Shown here piece after piece: positions 38,956-41,839 of a stretch of 41,839 nucleotides of DNA; position 1 is the first letter of the stretch; every line of letters starts with the position of its first letter. The position numbers and the translations under genes are program-made. The notes under the pieces are model-generated. The model saw only the letters and a list, made by a program, of their open reading frames with translations, was not told the DNA's origin and made no database searches. The DNA comes from a virus, in the IMG/VR virus record IMGVR_UViG_3300044962_000005, positions 1-41,839 of that record; one strand, given 5' to 3'.

Positions 38956-39585
38956 TTAGCCGATACCCGCACCGGCGATCGTCGCCGCGCCAGCCACACT
39001 GCCCGTGGCCTGCCACGAGATGCCCGACGCGATGAGTTCCACCGCCATTTGCTGCGTGGCCGAGAACGTCAGCACGTCCGCGGTGGCGCCCACCAAGCCG
39101 AGGCCGCCGGCCACGGTGACGGTGTGTGCCGCCTTGCCGTTGCCGGAGATGGTCAACCGCGAGCCGTCCATGTCGGCGGTCGGCGCCGCCACGGTCATCG
39201 CCAAGGCACCCGTGCCGTTGAGGATCGCCGTCGCATCCGCGCCCGGCTGCGGCAACGTAATCGCCCCCGACGCGCTGTACGACGTCCGCACGTTGGGTTT
39301 CTGCGTGTGATACTGGACGAACGACTGCGGCGCCAACGGCGTCGGCAGATCGCTCGCCAGCATCGCCGTGACCATCGCGCCGCTCTTGTGCGCCGCGGTG
39401 GCGGTGCCGTCCCGTCCACGCAGGACACCGATCGTGGTGCCTGAGCTGTACGGTTGGGTGACTTTCATCACCTCCTGATCGATCACGATGACGCTGCCGG
39501 CGGCAAAACCTGTCGCCGACGCGACGACGATGGAGGTGTCGTTGACCGCAACGGCCGAGGAGAGCGTGGTGGTGGTTTTGGCCAT
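38956..39585 (-). CDS. Virion protein directly after the coat gene (possible decoration protein, 209 aa)
   Basis: GAGGA lies upstream of the ATG. T/A/G-rich, beta-like composition. Assigned by position. Confidence 0.6.
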   Translation of the reverse strand: MAKTTTTLSSAVAVNDTSIVVASATGFAAGSVIVIDQEVMKVTQPYSSGTTIGVLRGRDGTATAAHKSGAMVTAMLASDLPTPLAPQSFVQYHTQKPNVRTSYSASGAITLPQPGADATAILNGTGALAMTVAAPTADMDGSRLTISGNGKAAHTVTVAGGLGLVGATADVLTFSATQQMAVELIASGISWQATGSVAGAATIAGAGIG

Positions 39586-39596
39586 GATGTCCTCGC

Positions 39597-40829
39597 TTAC
39601 CCGACCACGCGGACGGCCAGCCGAGGCTGGAGTGTCGCCGCGCCAATCAGAATGTCCAGACGGCTCGGGTTCTGGTCCGTCCCGATCTGGTACTGGCTGA
39701 CCATACGAATCGAGAAGCCCAGGGCTTTCGACCGCACAAACGTCGACTTCGCGCCGCCTTCCGGCTCATCGAGATCCGCCATCACGAACGCGAACGCGTC
39801 AGGATGGAAAATCAACGACTGCGGCGAGTTGGTGGTGGCGAGCGTGCCGCCCGCCGGGTTCGCGCTCCACACCGTAATCGCCGCGCTGTTGGCCGGCGAT
39901 GCGTCCACGGTCTGGAGTGAGCCCGAGGTGATGATCGACGGCGAGATCGCAATCGTCATCGCGCCCGTGGTGTCGGAAATATCCGAGGTCACCACGAACT
40001 GCTGGAGACGGCCCGTCGACTGGTACGACAACGGATTCACGCCGTTGACGCCGGCCACCGTGAACACGTCGCCTTTCTTCAAGGACGTGGCACCGGAGGC
40101 CCAGCCGGAGGTGACAAGCGTCGCGCCCGTCTGGTTGGCGCCATTCACGACTGGCGTCGATGCCGTAAACGTCCCGGTCGTATGGACTGGACGGTTGGCA
40201 TCGATGTACCACTCGGAGATCCCGAGCGCGGGCCCGCCGAACTGCCCTTCGCGGTAGTTCTTCCCCACCGCCCCGCCGAGCGCGAACAGCTGCGACGTGG
40301 TGTTGACCATCGTCGCCTGCGCCATCGCATCGAGGACCGCAATCCGTCCGCTGGTCGGTGCGCTCTGATCGGTGAGCTTCACACCGGCCTGGAGGAAGGT
40401 CAGGAGCGCCGATGGCGTGGTGCCAGGCGTGCCGACCGCGTTGTACACGTCCTTGTAGACCGCGTTGAACGCGAGCACGTCCGCGCCGTTGGCGAGGGAT
40501 TCCGCGGCCGGATTCACCAGCCGTTCGCGGATGTTGTCGAGCTCGGTCGTTTTCTCCGCGCTGGAGTACCCGAACGCGACTTGCTTCTGGTTCGTGAGTG
40601 AGATCGGAACCGTCTGATCCAGAATCGGCTGGAGCTGAAGCGCCTGCCCGTCCATGACCGCCCAGCGTTGCGGCATCCGGGCGAGCACGGTATTCCCCAC
40701 CTTGGCGCCGCCCACGCGGAAGCGGTCGTCATAGGTGCGGTTGACGTTGTTGACGAAGACAACTTTGTTGACGTAGCCGCGGGCCACCTCGTTTGTGACC
40801 CAAGTCGGCGTCGCGATGGTATTGGCCAC
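39597..40829 (-). CDS. Major capsid protein, P22 coat-protein type
   Basis: 410 aa. The N-terminus TIATPTWVTNEVARGYVNKVVFVNNVNRTYDDRF...GNTVLARMPQRW resembles the P22 gp5 family as I remember it. It follows the scaffold gene. Confidence 0.85.
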   Translation of the reverse strand: MANTIATPTWVTNEVARGYVNKVVFVNNVNRTYDDRFRVGGAKVGNTVLARMPQRWAVMDGQALQLQPILDQTVPISLTNQKQVAFGYSSAEKTTELDNIRERLVNPAAESLANGADVLAFNAVYKDVYNAVGTPGTTPSALLTFLQAGVKLTDQSAPTSGRIAVLDAMAQATMVNTTSQLFALGGAVGKNYREGQFGGPALGISEWYIDANRPVHTTGTFTASTPVVNGANQTGATLVTSGWASGATSLKKGDVFTVAGVNGVNPLSYQSTGRLQQFVVTSDISDTTGAMTIAISPSIITSGSLQTVDASPANSAAITVWSANPAGGTLATTNSPQSLIFHPDAFAFVMADLDEPEGGAKSTFVRSKALGFSIRMVSQYQIGTDQNPSRLDILIGAATLQPRLAVRVVG

Positions 40830-40841
40830 GGTGCCGCCTTC

Positions 40842-41807
40842 TTACCGGCGGCCGCTCGCCCGATCTTTCGCGTTCCCCCGCTTGATCCATTCTTCAATCG
40901 GGAGATCGTCGGAGAGTTCGGTCGGATCGGCCGCGTGTGGCGAACTCCCGAGCGGCTGGATCGGGGGTTTCGCATGACTGACGGCCACCGACGGTGCTGG
41001 AGCCGCAGGAGAGGCAGCACCGAGGCGGGCTTCAAATCTCGCCAGATCCCGGATCACGTCATCCGGGGGCAGCGTGGCGAGGCGCTGAACTTCGGCCTCA
41101 TCCGACAGGTGCAGCATCAGATCGCGCGGATGCTCCGAGCGAAACACCTGTTCAGCGAGGAAATTGGCAAACGTCGGGCGTTCGCCCGGCGCGAGCGCAC
41201 TGATCGGTTTGGCGCCGGCCAGCTTCGGATGCACGCGGTCCATGAACCCTGGATCCTCAGCATCGGCCGCCGTGAGGCGTTCGGTGAACTTGGTGGCGTG
41301 CGTCTCGAGCTCGCGGGTACGCGCCTGTTCCGCCGTGAACCGCTGCCGCGCGAGTTCGGCCGCTTTGTATTCCTGCCGGGCTTCCCAGCGCGCTTGATCC
41401 TTCAGGTACTTGCGGTCGAATTGCCCATCGGCATAGACCGCGAGATTTTCGGGATCCGGTTCGGGATCGTCGGGATCCGCCGCAGCCTGCGGTGGAGGAG
41501 GCGGTTGGGGCGGTTTTGGCTGCGGCGGTGGCGTCTCCGGCTTGCGGGCGGCTTCGAGTTCCTGCGCGCGCCGTTCAGCAGCTTCAGCACGGCGTTCCGC
41601 GTCCCGCTGGCTCTTGATCGCTTGATCGATCCGGGCCTGGACATCGTTGCGCGGCTTCGGCGGCTTTTTGAACTGGCCAGTCTTCGGATCGCGCTCGCCC
41701 TCGGGCTGCTGCGGCTGCGGTGTCGGCGGCTCGGGCTGCGGTGGCGCGGGCGCGTCTTCAACAGCCGTTCCGGTGGACGGGTCGTTGACGGCGAGCGCCT
41801 CGCGCAT
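40842..41807 (-). CDS. Scaffolding protein candidate
   Basis: 321 aa, Pro/Glu/Ala/Arg-rich and helical, directly upstream of the coat gene. Its first 32 codons lie inside the terminal repeat. Confidence 0.7.
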   Translation of the reverse strand: MREALAVNDPSTGTAVEDAPAPPQPEPPTPQPQQPEGERDPKTGQFKKPPKPRNDVQARIDQAIKSQRDAERRAEAAERRAQELEAARKPETPPPQPKPPQPPPPPQAAADPDDPEPDPENLAVYADGQFDRKYLKDQARWEARQEYKAAELARQRFTAEQARTRELETHATKFTERLTAADAEDPGFMDRVHPKLAGAKPISALAPGERPTFANFLAEQVFRSEHPRDLMLHLSDEAEVQRLATLPPDDVIRDLARFEARLGAASPAAPAPSVAVSHAKPPIQPLGSSPHAADPTELSDDLPIEEWIKRGNAKDRASGRR

Positions 41808-41839
41808 TTCTTCGGGCGTTTCGTGACTGCTCTGGAGCT
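41713..41839. repeat. Terminal direct repeat, identical to 1-127
   Basis: Base-by-base comparison with the first 127 nt. Confidence 0.97.

Overview
The window is one complete, GC-rich temperate phage genome. Bases 1-127 are identical to 41713-41839, so the unit genome is 41,712 bp; the contig is either circularly closed or terminally redundant. I saw no tRNA, rRNA or CRISPR array.

Gene layout:
- Almost everything is on the minus strand. Genes are packed tightly, and many junctions are 1-4 nt stop/start overlaps (ATGA, GTGA, TGATG, TAATG) that I checked base by base.
- Early genes (19014 down to about 6461) start at a divergent promoter/operator switch. They include a Cro-like HTH, two excisionase-type HTH proteins and many 45-130 aa ORFs. 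They also include a recombination set (Sak4-like ATPase, PD-(D/E)xK nuclease, HNH-domain protein, VRR-NUC), a RepA-like replication ATPase next to an iteron cluster, and further DNA-binding proteins.
- Packaging and head genes (6468 down to 322, continuing across the junction from 41807) are terS, terL, a portal with a long Q/A-rich C-terminus, scaffold, a P22-type coat protein and a possible decoration protein.
- Tail and ejection genes (38870 down to 26256) include a possible P22 gp4-like adaptor and gp10-like hub, a small GNAT, proline-rich and very large alanine-rich internal proteins interrupted by an HNH endonuclease, and a tail fibre.
- The lysis cassette (26245 down to about 24430) has a 2-TM holin, a type-II membrane protein, a GH108 endolysin and a lipoprotein.
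- An accessory block (24204 down to 21988) has an SNase-like protein, a GH5 glycosidase and a lipoprotein.
- The plus-strand lysogeny island (19145-21984) has an HTH repressor candidate, a tyrosine integrase and a proline-rich lipoprotein.

Most unusual observation: a family of short palindromic repeat elements sits at gene junctions in the early region.
- There are seven copies of a ~46-bp type and two copies of a related ~60-bp type.
- They occur in both orientations and are often translated in frame.
- Two copies appear to stitch three small-gene-sized segments into one 340-aa ORF.

A second repeat type, 14-mer inverted repeats, brackets the leaders of two accessory genes.

Product names come from motifs I recognise by eye and from memory of the families, not from searches.
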